From Tetramitus jugosus (Eukaryota; Protista; Heterolobosea): a stretch of 64,000 bases of DNA. Numbering within the stretch: position 1 is the stretch's first letter; every line of letters starts with the position of its first letter. The stretch spans positions 124,001 through 188,000 of the forward strand of contig OW569384.1 of the NCBI GenBank assembly GCA_937625935.1, in the 5' to 3' direction. The position numbers were made by a program, and so were the translations under genes. Below are positions 24,301-36,009 of this stretch, in pieces. Below the pieces are notes generated by a model that searched no databases, was not told the DNA's origin, and was given only the letters and a program-made list of their open reading frames with translations.

Positions 24301-24594
24301 CGTTATTATTATTTTTGTATACAAAAAACCAAAGAGAGTAATAAGTATTGTTGTTCATTCATGTTGGATATGGTTCATCACACTCGCAGACAATGAGTCT
24401 TCAATAATACACTAGAGAGAAAATTTTTGATTTTTTTTTACCTTTTCAATGTGAAGAAACCGACATTCACTACCATAGACACATTTGCCAGAGGAATAGT
24501 ATTTGCAAGGTATGTTGTGCCTAGTGAAATGTTGAGATTGTGTATTATTTACACTTGTTGTTGTTGTACTACTAGATGATGATAGTCTCGACAT
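21318..24594 (-). CDS. Four-exon protein: CCCH zinc finger, Asn tract, anticodon-binding-domain-like segment, helical region, RanBP2-type zinc finger, Q/P-rich tail
   Basis: Exons 24594-24442, 24246-23533, 23443-23266 and 23176-21318 join in frame via GT-AG introns. CKYYSSGKCVYGSECRFLH (CCCH); WTCKKCTFLNAPVVDACEIC (RanBP2). Confidence 0.75.
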
Positions 24595-24918
24595 TGTCCC
24601 CCAATCCAATCTAAAAATTTTCGTTTGTGTTGGAGCGGAGCGGAGAAAGAGAAAAGAGGCAAGATCTCACCTTCGAAAAACAAAAGTTATAAACTTGTAC
24701 GGAACATAGAATTTATCCCAGTCAACCCCGTCTCATCCCGGAGCGTCCGGATAATATTAACTTTTTTTAACTCTGAATTGTTGAAAATGATGTCCAATAA
24801 AACGTCGGTTCAAAAGTTAGATACCACCCAATTCCAATTCAAACAACTACCAATCAAACCTGATCATCACATACTCCTCCACAGTTTTTGATTACACAGT
24901 AATATTATACAATAGAAC

Positions 24919-27484
24919 ATGGGACAGAAAGTTGAAAGGCCAATCGACCAGCCAGGTGTCGTTTACTCTTATGCTGACAATGTGACTGAACGGGCATCCC
25001 GTGACCAGGCCCGTCTATCATCCATCAGTGAATTGGAACAAGAAAGAAGGAGCGTGGATTATCGAGAGAGAGATATCATTGTTGATCGATATCCTGATCG
25101 TCGAAGATCATCTCACTACTACAGAGCAATGGGACAAGCTCCTCCAACTCACATTGCCCAAGAACCAGGTGGATCTATCGTTGAGAATGCTCAACAGTAC
25201 ACCAATGCACACAATATTATTGGAGATGTCAATCTGATGACTACTCACGTCCATAATGGAGTGTATTCGATTGGAGAACCTATGAGTCATGTGATTGATG
25301 TTTCCCCGCCTCAACCTCAATCGGTGCCACAAACAATGATCCAGCCACAAGAAATGGCTCAAAATCCAATGACAATGGGAAACGTTGTAATCTACCAGAT
25401 TCCAAATAAGGGTGGTGAAGCCGGTGAGGTTGGAGACAGCACCAATAGCACAAACAACGGAAATCACAACGGAACAGAGGAAGAAGAAGAAGAGCACATA
25501 CCATGGTACTCTCATATCAATCCATTAGCAGCACTTAATCGGAAAAGGAAACAAAAACAACAATTAAGAGATCAATTGACATCATCAGGTGCTCCATCAT
25601 TGATGCTCGAATGGTTCAACATTGAATTCAAAGTCAAGACAAAGAGCAACAGCAAATCACCATTCAAGGGCAAGCGAAATGTGAAGCAAATTTTGTTCCC
25701 TCAATCAGCTCATGTTGCTCCTGGTCAAATTATGGCCATCATGGGTCCTTCAGGATGCGGCAAGGTAGGTCAATCCTTTATTTTGTGCTTTCCTTTTTCT
25801 GTTAACTGAAGTTCGAACTAACCCTTTGTTTGTGCGAAACCTATAGACGAGTCTGCTCAACATCATCAGTCAAAGAGTAAAGAAGTATGAAGGAGAAGTC
25901 AGAGTTAATGGAAAAATTGCCGGAAAAAATCTGGGAGGTTTGATGGCGTTCGTTCAACAAGATGATGTTTTAATTGGGAATCTCACGGTGAGTGAGACCC
26001 TAAGGTATGCTGCTCATCTGAGATTACCATCCAAAATGACAAGAAAGGAAAAGAGGGATCGAGTGGACGATGTAGTGAAAGAATTGAATCTGACAAGTTG
26101 TAAGGATACTCTAGTTGGTCAACCGGGTATCAAGAAGGGCATCTCAGGTGGAGAGAGAAAACGTTTGGCTATTGCTGTTGAGTTGCTAACGAGACCGTCA
26201 GTCCTCTTTTTAGACGAACCTTCCACCGGCCTCGATGCTAGCGCAGCACTTCATTTGATGCATCTGTTGAGAAAAGTAGCTCAGAAGGGTCGAACAATTG
26301 TCCTTACGATCCATCAACCTCGTAGCAACATTTTCCAACTGTTTGATCGCTTACTTCTACTCGTCAAAGGAAAACTAGTCTATTTTGGTGAAGCGCAGGA
26401 TGCTGTGCCGTACTTTGCAAAACTGGGATACGAAATGCCTCCAAATTACAACCCTGCCGATTATTTATTGGATTTGCTGTCAGTCACGAGCTCTGATGAA
26501 GAATTGAGTCAAGAAGTCATTGAGCAGGATGAGAAGAGAGTTCAGAATATTATTGATTCGTACACACCAAACACACAGGAAGAAGTTATTTTGACCGATG
26601 AAATGAAGAAAACCAATCTCAAGCATTACTTGGGATATCCCAGCACGTGGCTGACTCAATTTTGGATCATATTCCTCCGGTCATACCAAGTGATACGACG
26701 AAACACTGTACTAACTCTGGTCCGGTTCATCCAGACAATTGTATTGGCTGTCATTGTTGGTCTCATTTTCTTGAGACTGGGTTACACACAGGTCAATGTT
26801 CAAGACAGAGCCGGTGTTCTGTTCTTTATTATGCTCAATCAGATGATGAACAGTCTCATGACCGGATTGTCATTGTTCTCTGAAGAAAGGCCTGTATTTC
26901 TCAGAGAGAGAGCAGCCCGTGCCTATCATGTTTCGAGCTATTTCTTTGGAAAGATATTCAGTCAGCTACCACAAATTGTCTATCCAATCCTGTTTGGTTG
27001 TATCATTTACTATATGGTGAACCTGAATCCGGGTGCTGATAACTTTTTCAAGTTCCTGGGCTTGCTCGTTCTGGCGTCATACTGCTCGTTGTCCATTGGT
27101 GAAACAATTAGTGCTTGCACCAAGAGTACGCAAATGGCACAAGCCATTGCCATCTTGATGATGATTATTTTGATTCTCTTCTCAGGATTCTATGCCAACA
27201 CATCTACTCTCCCAGTATTCCTCATCTGGGGACCATACGCTAGTCCCTTCCGATATGCTTATGAATCCTTCTTCCTGAATGAATTTAGAGGAGAGACATT
27301 CACGTGCAGCGACGGAGAAGCTTGCCGATTCCGAACTGGTCAGGATGTCATCGCATTCTTTCACTACGATAGTGCAATCAGTGAGATCTGGATCGATGTC
27401 TTGTTTCTCTTTGCTTTCATCTTGCTCTCAAAGACCTTGACCTACTTGGCTCTCGTATTCCTGAATCGACCAAAGGGTGCTTGA
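24919..27484 (+). CDS. ABCG (White-type) half transporter
   Basis: Walker A GPSGCGK|TS split by intron 25765-25846 (GTAGGT...ACTAAC...TAG); ISGGERKR, LFLDEP, TIHQP; C-terminal TMD. Confidence 0.93.
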
Positions 27485-27758
27485 TCTATTCAATAAAACG
27501 CTGCATTTCCAATAACCTTTGTATACAATGATTCATGCACGACTGATATAAGATCCAAATCTGATCTCGGGAAGAGGGAATTCATCTGTTACGTTTCTGG
27601 ACTGCGTATGAACTGCGCATCTTTCTCCGCGATAGCCCCGGGAAATTTCCCTCAAAGCTTCTAGTTGTTAACTCTTAATTAATAAAAACAATCAACAACA
27701 AACAGAAGCACAACAAACGACACTACGCGCACACAAATATATATATCAAACATCAATC

Positions 27759-28733
27759 ATGAGATTCTCAGAGATCAGAAAAGTAATTGTAATTGGCAGT
27801 GGACCAGCAGGTCACACAGCAGCCATCTACGCTGCCAGAGCAAACCTTCGTCCACTCATGTTCGAAGGATTCATGGCCGGTGGTGTAGCCGCTGGTGGAG
27901 CTCTCACCCAAACGACTGAAGTTGAAAATTTCCCTGGTTTCCCCAATGGTATCACAGGCATTGAATTTACTGATAATTTGAGACAACAGAGTGCTCGTTT
28001 CGGCACTGAGATTATCACTGAGACCATTGCCAAGGTGGATCTCACCAAGAGACCATTCCGTGTTTGGACCGAGAGTGATCAAGACTCTCAGGAACCAAGC
28101 GCCATGTCCGAGTCCATAATTATCGCGACAGGCGCTTCCGCCAATCGGTTGAACATTCCTGGCGGGGAGGAGTATTGGCAACGCGGAGTTTCTGCGTGCG
28201 CCGTTTGTGATGGAGCGTTACCAATGTTCCGTAGAGCACCCCTCGTTGTTGTTGGTGGAGGTGACTCTGCTGCGGAGGAAGCTCTATTCTTGACCAAGTA
28301 TGCTTCCAAGGTCTACGTTGTTCACAGAAGAGACGCACTGAGAGCATCTAGCATTATGGTGCAAAGATTGAAGGAGAATCCAAAGGTTGAAATCGTGTGG
28401 GACTCTGTTGTGAAGGAGGCACTAGGAGATGAGAAGAGATTGCGCTCTGTTGTGATTGAGAACTTGAAGAGTGGTCAAGTGACTACAGTGGATGCCAATG
28501 GCTTGTTCTTTGCTATTGGTCACACACCACAGACTGGTATCTTTGCAGGTCAGTTGGACAGAGACGCTGAAGGTTATCTGATTACGAACAATACGAAAAC
28601 CAATATTGCTGGTGTGTTTGCTGCTGGAGATTGCCAAGACAAGGTGTACAGACAAGCGATCACTGCTGCTGGAACTGGTTGTATGGCTGCTCTGGAAGTT
28701 GAAAAGTTCCTAGTTGCTGAAAATTTGGAATAA
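27759..28733 (+). CDS. TRR1: Low-molecular-weight NADPH thioredoxin reductase
   Basis: IGSGPAGHTAAIYAARA, CAVC active site, GGGDSAAEEA, VFAAGD, QAITAAGTGC. Confidence 0.96.
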   Translation: MRFSEIRKVIVIGSGPAGHTAAIYAARANLRPLMFEGFMAGGVAAGGALTQTTEVENFPGFPNGITGIEFTDNLRQQSARFGTEIITETIAKVDLTKRPFRVWTESDQDSQEPSAMSESIIIATGASANRLNIPGGEEYWQRGVSACAVCDGALPMFRRAPLVVVGGGDSAAEEALFLTKYASKVYVVHRRDALRASSIMVQRLKENPKVEIVWDSVVKEALGDEKRLRSVVIENLKSGQVTTVDANGLFFAIGHTPQTGIFAGQLDRDAEGYLITNNTKTNIAGVFAAGDCQDKVYRQAITAAGTGCMAALEVEKFLVAENLE

Positions 28734-28843
28734 ATAAGAATGTAAAATTGAACAATAAGTAAATAAAACGTAAGGAATCCATATCGTTTGTCATTCTGCT
28801 ACTGGATTTATTATTGAAACAATCAATTGATTGTCAAGACAAT

Positions 28844-29689
28844 TTAATCGCGGAATCTGTCACTACGGAATGCAGAAGGCAAGTCACGAGACTTGATGAG
28901 GTGAATTCCTCTGGACTTCATGTCAGCCTTGGCACTAGCAATAGTTTCAGGAGCAATACCAGCAGTGGCATCCTCAATGACAAAGGTCTTGTAGCCGTGG
29001 AAGCTCTTTGCATCGACAGATGAGTAGTATACACAGTAGTCATAAGCGATACCAACAAGGTAAACCTCATCAATATCATGTTGTTCCAAAATACCGTTCA
29101 AAACAGTGGCAGCAAAGTGACCATTGTCATAGAAGGCAGAGTAGGAGTCCAAATCGCACTTGAATCCCTTTTGGACAACAACATCACTGTTCTTCTTGAC
29201 CAAAGTGCTCACAAAGTCAGCATCAGTCGTGTTTTGGATACAGTGATCTGGCCAGAGAGTTTGAGTCAAAGGAACAGTTTCAACACCGGTGCAATCGACG
29301 CCATAGGTGGCACGGGAGGACAATCCTTCAGTGTGGCACAAGTTGGCGCTTCTAGTGTACAAGAGTTGCTTCTGGGAGAATGGAGCGTAGCCATCGTGCA
29401 TCGAAGCAAAGGAAGCATGGTTAGGACAATGCCAGTCTTGAGTTCTGACAACAAGGTCAAAGTGTTGGTCGTATCTGTTTCTGATTCTGTTAATGGTTGG
29501 AACAATGCCCAATCCACCAGCAACAGCAAGAGTACCACCTTCGACAAAGCAGTTCTGAACATCAATCATCAAGAGAGCTCTCTTTGGGGATTCTCTTCTT
29601 CTTCTGGCTTGAATGGCTTCAGTGCTAAAGAAGAGAGCAATCAAGGCAAGCAACAAGAGTGAGGAAATGGCCTTCTTATAGTACATCAT
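28844..29689 (-). CDS. PNC1: Nicotinamidase/pyrazinamidase with N-terminal signal peptide
   Basis: ALLMIDVQNCF, TQDWH, LWPDHC, QKG...DSYSAF, GIAYDYCV; hydrophobic N-terminus SLLLLALIALFF. Confidence 0.88.
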   Translation of the reverse strand: MMYYKKAISSLLLLALIALFFSTEAIQARRRRESPKRALLMIDVQNCFVEGGTLAVAGGLGIVPTINRIRNRYDQHFDLVVRTQDWHCPNHASFASMHDGYAPFSQKQLLYTRSANLCHTEGLSSRATYGVDCTGVETVPLTQTLWPDHCIQNTTDADFVSTLVKKNSDVVVQKGFKCDLDSYSAFYDNGHFAATVLNGILEQHDIDEVYLVGIAYDYCVYYSSVDAKSFHGYKTFVIEDATAGIAPETIASAKADMKSRGIHLIKSRDLPSAFRSDRFRD

Positions 29690-30355
29690 GGCTTGTATAT
29701 AAAGTATATATGTTTAGTTATGTTACAGTATTATTTAGTATTTGGGTTTGAAGTTGGTTTTTGTTTGTTGTTCCTTCCCATGGGATCACAATGACCGTCA
29801 GCTTAAATACGGATCGCCACCTCATCTCGCAGTCAACTCGTCACTTGATGTTCGGTGACACTAATCCATACCAAGAAGGAATCAACTGACAAGCGATCTC
29901 ATCCATTCAATCCCATCATCCCCATAATCCGATCTATCCTCCCGATATTTTCCTTATAGAGTGTAAGGTAGTGAAACATGACTACAATCGTATCGCGTAT
30001 GGCCGAAATAACAGCCGGATTTTGACAGTTGATTTCATATCCACGTGGATACGCAATTTATCCAAGGTTTTGTAAGATAGGAGGTTCTTCAAATGATCAA
30101 CGAGTTTTGTTATGTACGCAAGGATAATCTTATTTGGGTTCAAAATGGCACGAACAGGTTAACAAGGATACCCAATACAGTAACCAAGAGGGTTGAGAAG
30201 ATTTATACAATTCATGAGATATGACGGATGAAGCGTCAATAATCATTCGATTTGAGATATGACATTTGAAGTATCAAGAATGTGAAGACTAATGGTCGGG
30301 ACAAGCAGGTACTCCTCACAATGAAACGATTTACTATCTTGTTCTAAGAACATAA

Positions 30356-32130
30356 TTATTGTGCAAATTGCATCTTCTTCAAGTCGTTGGAAACTCTGAA
30401 CTTGGCTTCAGTCTTTTGACGGATTTCATCAACAGTGACACCTTCGGCATGTTCGATCAAAACAAGACCTTCCTTGGTGACATCAAACACACCCAGCTCA
30501 GTAATAATTCTATCAACACATTGCCTGCCGGTCAGTGGCAATTGGCAAGATGACAAAATCTTTGGCTTGCCCTTGGCAGTGTGTTCCATGGTAACGACAA
30601 CTCTGGTACCAGATGACACCAAGTCCATAGCACCTCCCATACCCTTGACCATCTTTCCGGGAATAATCCAATTGGCCAAGTCGCCATTCTCTGCAACTTG
30701 CAAAGCACCCAAGATGGACAAATCAATGTGTCCACCTCTGATCATGGCAAATGACTCTGCACTGGAGAAAATGGAGGAACCAGGAATAGTGGTAATGGTT
30801 TCCTTGCCGGCATTGATCAGATCTGGATCTTGATCACCAGATTGTGGATATGGACCCATACCCAAGATACCATTCTCACTCTGGAGAACAATGTGTACAT
30901 TTGGTGGCAGATAGTTGCTGGCCAAAGTTGGCATACCGATACCAAGGTTGACATACATGCCATCTCTGAACTCGAGAGCAGCTCTTCTCACAATTCTCTC
31001 TCTGTAATCCATTTCTGCAGCGCTAGTGGTAGCAGTGGTAGCGCCACTCTTGTCTTGAGCAGGCTTAGACAGAGTCAATCTTTCGATTCTCTTCTCGTAC
31101 TTTGGTGCCTGATAGATTCTGTGAACGAAAACGCTTGGCAAGTGAACATGATCAGGATCAATCTCACCTGGCTGTACCAACTCTTCAACTTCTACAATAC
31201 ACATCTTTGCAGCCTGAGCCACATTAGGATTAAAGTTTCTTGCTGTTCTCTTGAAGACAACATTACCAGTTGTGTCAGCCTTCCATGCCTTAATCAATGC
31301 AACGTCACCCCAGATGGCCTCTTCCATAATGTATGATCTACCATTGAATTCTCTTCGTTCTCTTGGACGAGCAGCAATATCAACAGATCCATCTGGTTTG
31401 AACTTGATTGGGAAACCACCTTCCTCAATCAAAGTTCCAACAGCAGTCGGAGTATAGAAAGCAGGGACACCAGCACCAGCCGCTCTCATTCTCTCAGCAA
31501 GAGTACCTTGAGGCACCAATTCGACTTCCAATTCACCTTTCAAGTACTGTCTCTCGAATGTGGCATTCTCACCGACATAGGATGAAATCATTCTCTTGAT
31601 TTGTCTGGTTTGGAGCAAAAGACCAAGTCCCCAGTCATCAACACCACAATTGTTGCTCACAACAGTCAAATCCTTTGCGCCCTTGTCTCTCACAGCTTCA
31701 ATCAACTTTTGTGGTGTTCCGCAGAGACCAAATCCACCAACCAAACTTTATTGAGTCATCATCAATCAAACACAGACACACAAACAACAACAACAATAAG
31801 AAGAAGAAGAAAAACAGGATTAAAATACGTGATCTCAATGAATGTGAACAACATGAACAACAACATGATATGCACAATGATGATCAAGAAAGATTGATCA
31901 ATCTCCATCACCTTTCATTGCCATCACACTGTTGTGAAAGTGATCATCATTACATACAGCTTTTGACCATCCTTGATTGGTTCAACTGCTTCTTCAGCAC
32001 TAGCATAAACCTTGTTAATGTTTCTCTTGTTGACCACAAAAGATTCAGTCACAAAAAGCTTATTGCTATTATTAGAGTGAGAGGATGTTGTAGTTGCAGC
32101 AATGCGACGGCTGATTTGTCTAAAGGCCAT
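30356..32130 (-). CDS. OXCT1: Mitochondrial succinyl-CoA:3-ketoacid CoA transferase (SCOT)
   Basis: Exon 1 32130-31958 (transit peptide MAFRQISRR...) plus exon 2 31745-30356 via intron 31746-31957. [20 protein letters not shown] catalytic Glu, MGGAMDLV. Confidence 0.95.
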
Positions 32131-32881
32131 TTTGTAAGGAAAGCTCTTAAAAGTGACAAAAAAGAAGGGTTGATTCAATCAGTTAAATAGTTGAGTTGCT
32201 TCTGAAGCAAGAGTCAAGAAGTGAGAAATTCACAATTTGTTTTTTGCGTGCACGCAGCACAAAAAAAAAGTCGGAGCTTTGATTTGGATATCTGACAAGA
32301 AGAGATTGAATTGCGGGTGCGGATAGATCACACGCGGGTCTCTTTGGCCAAGGTGTGTGCTGCCAGGTTTTTTGTAGATGCTGTTCTGTTTTTGAATCGT
32401 TGGAGTGATTCAAGGATACTCCTGAAAGAGTATCAGGTCACAGTTATGTCTCAGTCGATGATGCCCATATTTTATCACGTGTGAGCCTATCTCGAAAGCA
32501 CGATCGTGTTTTTTGCCAGTGATTCGTTACACCAGACCTTACAATCTGACTTTTCGAGAAGCAAGTGCGTCTGTCGTTGTGTGCTTTATGGTGAATGAAG
32601 TACGGAAGTTTCACCAGGGAAAAAAACTGGAGACACAGACCTGTCATTTCCAGTGATGATCTGATCGCCATTTTTACAATTCGCCCCTGTTGGCTCTCCT
32701 GCCGGCCTTTTATCCATCTATCACACACGAAGCAGTAAGAGTTCACCATTTTTTATGCTATGATACTAGCATAAACAACACCACAACACAACAACAAACA
32801 TAACCCATACCCTTTATTAACAAACTCAACACACACGAACACTGTCTGTTTTTTTTGTTCTGAACTCCCACACACACTTCC

Positions 32882-33541
32882 ATGCAAGCTCCACACCAAT
32901 CTGACCATCATCATCATCGTCATGCAATTCTTCCTTTTGTGTCTCAGAGTACGTCGACACGATCACACCACAACTATGACCACAACAACAAGGAAAATTG
33001 TGATCCAACCATTTTACCACTGTTACTCTCACTATCGTCATCATCACCTTCACTCCACCAAAGCTCAACTGTTCACAACAACCTCCAGCAACAAAGAATA
33101 GGGTTTTCACCCATACAGCACAGTCAGCAGAGAAGAAGGTTGGGACACAACCATCATCATCATGCTCACATTGGATGTGTCATACGCAGAATAAAAAACA
33201 GAATTCCACTTCAAGAGCTCAGAAGCAATCACAATGATAATACCAATGTGTCAAATGTATGTGTGTGCTGCTACCTCAACAGAAAGACGACCTCTTGTGA
33301 AGAGATAATTTTTGAATGTGTTTTTTTGTGAGTGAGGAAACATTTGTGACCAATGAGTCATATTGACACCACATTTTGTGTTTTATTACCCTAGGGAAGA
33401 GATATTGAAGATGACAGGACACAAGGAAGAAGAACACTCCGAAGGAGAAGAGAGACGATGTCAACAACATCCTCAACAGAAGCAAGCTCCTCATTTTGTA
33501 GCAATAGAGTACACAACTCAGAAAGAATTTTTCTGAGATAA
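32882..33541 (+). CDS. 173-aa disordered protein with KEN box, D-box and C-terminal LR tail (candidate APC/C substrate or inhibitor)
   Basis: Exon 1 32882-33256, phase-0 intron 33257-33394 (GTATGT...CCCTAG), exon 2 33395-33541 reading GRDIEDD...SERIFLR*. Motifs NKENCDP and RIPLQELRSN. Confidence 0.6.
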
Positions 33542-33687
33542 CAACACAGTCGTGTTGAAACAATTTTACAGCTTCACTTTTTTGATCACAATTGTAAACT
33601 AGATTATTTCTCCTATTACTGTTTTTGGTCTCTTCGGGTAAAAAACCAAATTTGTGCATTAATTGAGCTAGCAAATTAGAACATAAA

Positions 33688-33760
33688 AGGCTCCTACGAG
33701 ACTCGAACTCGTGACCTCTGTCTTACTAGGACAGCGCACTGCCACCTGTGCTAAGGAGCC
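33688..33760 (-). tRNA. tRNA-Thr (anticodon AGT)
   Basis: GGCTCCT/AGGAGCC acceptor stem, GCAC/GTGC D-stem, CTGTC-CTAGTAA-GACAG anticodon arm, GTTCGAGTC T-loop, followed by a TTTT Pol III terminator. Confidence 0.93.
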
Positions 33761-33855
33761 AGATATTTTCACATCTTCCATTTTTATATTTTCCGTTTTG
33801 AGCGCAAAGTTTCGGAAAAAACGGGAAATTATTTCTGGGGAGGGACTACTGGGGA

Positions 33856-34276
33856 AGGCGTCAGTGGGCTTGTTCTTGCACCAACAACCAAGGGTTTTAC
33901 CTTCGAGCTCATGCAGCGCACTCATTAGCTCTGGTTGTTTCACAATGTACTCCCGAAATTTTTCTACTGCTGCCTCCACGGATCCACTGTCCTTGACCGA
34001 GAAAGGGTTGTGCCATTTACTCTGCTTCAAGTTCCATCCACCCATTGTACATTTGCGACCAATGTACACATCACAATCCTGGATAACTAGATCCTTGCTT
34101 CGCCTGAGTCGTACAACTCGAGGAGTAGTGCGACTAGGAGTGTCCTGCTTCTTCTTGTTCGTGCGGTTGACAACTTTAGAAGGACTCAACAATTTAATTT
34201 TCTTGTTCTTGGGTCGTTCTTGAGTTTCCTCTTGATCACTGCTGCTCTCCTCTTTGTTAGGACGACTTCTCTTCAT
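33856..34276 (-). pseudogene. DUF4326-family gene, apparently 3'-truncated
   Basis: DVYIGR...SKWHNPF...FREYI...LHELEGKTLGCWCK. The usual closing CHGDVL motif is absent, and the frame continues into unrelated sequence and through the tRNA-Thr. Confidence 0.6.
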
Positions 34277-34440
34277 GTTTTTCTTGCTTCTTGGTTTTCC
34301 TCGAATTGAATTTTCTAAAAATTACCAAGTTCATCTTCAAGGAACTGTCAATGCACTGGAATAGAGACGACCAAGCAGAATAGCAATCCAAAGATCGAGG
34401 GGATTTCATTTGGTAACTTTACTATTGCGAAACGAGTTCT

Positions 34441-36009
34441 TTATTCATTCCTCTTTGACACTTTGATTTTATCAAAGACTGGATGAATGGTGATAATTTC
34501 TTTTTCTCCAATCTCCATATTCGGATCATATCCATCAGGGAAGCTGATATTGTAGAATTGAGCTAGTCTCGCGAGAATCATCACAGACTCTACCAAAGAG
34601 AACTGGAATCCAATACATTTTCGAACACCAAATGAGAATGGTAACCAAGTCATTGGCTTAATTTTCTTGGCCAACACAGGATCATGGAATCTTTCAGGGT
34701 TGTATTTCATTGGCTCTGGCCAGTATTCCGGATTTCTATGAGTTGCAATAAAATTGGTGAATACCATGGTGTCCTTTGGAATCTTGAAGTTTCGGATCTT
34801 GACGGTCTTTGTTGTGACTTTCGGAACCATGGAAACAGGAGAATGGAGTCTCATACTTTCTTTGATACAACTCAATGTATAGGACAACTTGTCATAATCT
34901 TCAAAAGTGGGAGGTCTTTTGTTGGGTAATTGAGTATCAATTTCTTGTTGGAGTTTTTGATAAATGTCCGGATGTCTTGCTAGCTCCAACAGAGTCCATT
35001 TTAGTTGTGTAGCTGTTGTTTCATGTCCAGCTGCCAAAAAGATGAACATGTTGCTTCTAATTTGTTCATAACCCATTTTTTGTCTTGTGACGAGATTTCC
35101 TTCCTCATCTACTCCTTCTTCCTTTTCATTTGCAGTTAAGAGTAGTGACATGAGATCTAACTGATGGTCACTAGCAGTGTGATTATCACTTCCTTCCAAT
35201 GATTTCATTTTTTGATCGTAGAGCTCATCAATGTACTTGCCAAAGTCTGCTACCGCTCTGTTCGTTTTGGACCATAGAAACTGCAATGGATCAGGAACTA
35301 AACCCTTAATAAGAATAGCAGAATCGATTGTAATCTCCAAAGCTTCTCTGAATGTAAACTCATGCTTCGTTTTATCAATCTTTGCCCACTCAGATTCCTT
35401 GTTGAATACGCCGAGATCGACATTGAATCCCGCCTTTGAGATAATATCCAGTGTCACATCGACGGTGGCAGTATTTAACGAAACAACAGAAGCAGATTCC
35501 TTGTCCCACTTTGATCTCAATAGATCAGTGCTTCTCACTGATACATCAGCCAAGTATCTCATATGAGAGCTTGAGAAAGCAGGACTACATAGCATGTGAT
35601 GCTTCTTCCAGTCATCATACTTGACAAGAGTTAAAATGTTGTGCCCCAACAATCTCAGCCCCTTGTAGTAATCCACAGTTGACTTGACAAAAGAATCTTG
35701 AGACTTCAAGAGTACTTCCTTCAGATCCTCTGGGCTACTCAAATAGATGTTAATTTGCTTTCCGTTCACTATTCTGAACAAGAGGTTTGATCCTTGATTC
35801 AATTGCTGCTGTGCAACAATACCAGAGTTGCCATGATATCCGTGAGGGGCCAACAAAGGGATCCTGAAAAACGAGAAGGGAAGCAATTGAGATACTCCTG
35901 GGATATTCTTGACCTTTTGCACTTGTTCATAGTGCTTGTACAAGTAATGAACAATGAATGTGACCAAAAGTACCAACGGGGTGTACAAGATATAGGCTAA
36001 GAGCGTCAT
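34441..36009 (-). CDS. Cytochrome P450
   Basis: N-terminal TM, AAGHETT (I-helix), KESMR (ExxR), PERF, FSFGVRKCIG heme motif. Confidence 0.96.
   Translation of the reverse strand: MTLLAYILYTPLVLLVTFIVHYLYKHYEQVQKVKNIPGVSQLLPFSFFRIPLLAPHGYHGNSGIVAQQQLNQGSNLLFRIVNGKQINIYLSSPEDLKEVLLKSQDSFVKSTVDYYKGLRLLGHNILTLVKYDDWKKHHMLCSPAFSSSHMRYLADVSVRSTDLLRSKWDKESASVVSLNTATVDVTLDIISKAGFNVDLGVFNKESEWAKIDKTKHEFTFREALEITIDSAILIKGLVPDPLQFLWSKTNRAVADFGKYIDELYDQKMKSLEGSDNHTASDHQLDLMSLLLTANEKEEGVDEEGNLVTRQKMGYEQIRSNMFIFLAAGHETTATQLKWTLLELARHPDIYQKLQQEIDTQLPNKRPPTFEDYDKLSYTLSCIKESMRLHSPVSMVPKVTTKTVKIRNFKIPKDTMVFTNFIATHRNPEYWPEPMKYNPERFHDPVLAKKIKPMTWLPFSFGVRKCIGFQFSLVESVMILARLAQFYNISFPDGYDPNMEIGEKEIITIHPVFDKIKVSKRNE

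Noticed and set aside
24412-24441. Possible 30-nt alternative intron leading to an early stop (poison exon) in the CCCH gene
   Set aside because: Shorter than all other introns in the window, and there is no transcript evidence.
30038-30051. Perfect 14-bp palindrome TATCCACGTGGATA with a CACGTG core
   Set aside because: Single occurrence; plausible by chance in 64 kb, with no supporting context.
33839-33851. CAGTAGTCCCTCC on the minus strand, resembling a pogo/Tigger TIR start
   Set aside because: No flanking TA target site and no partner repeat found.
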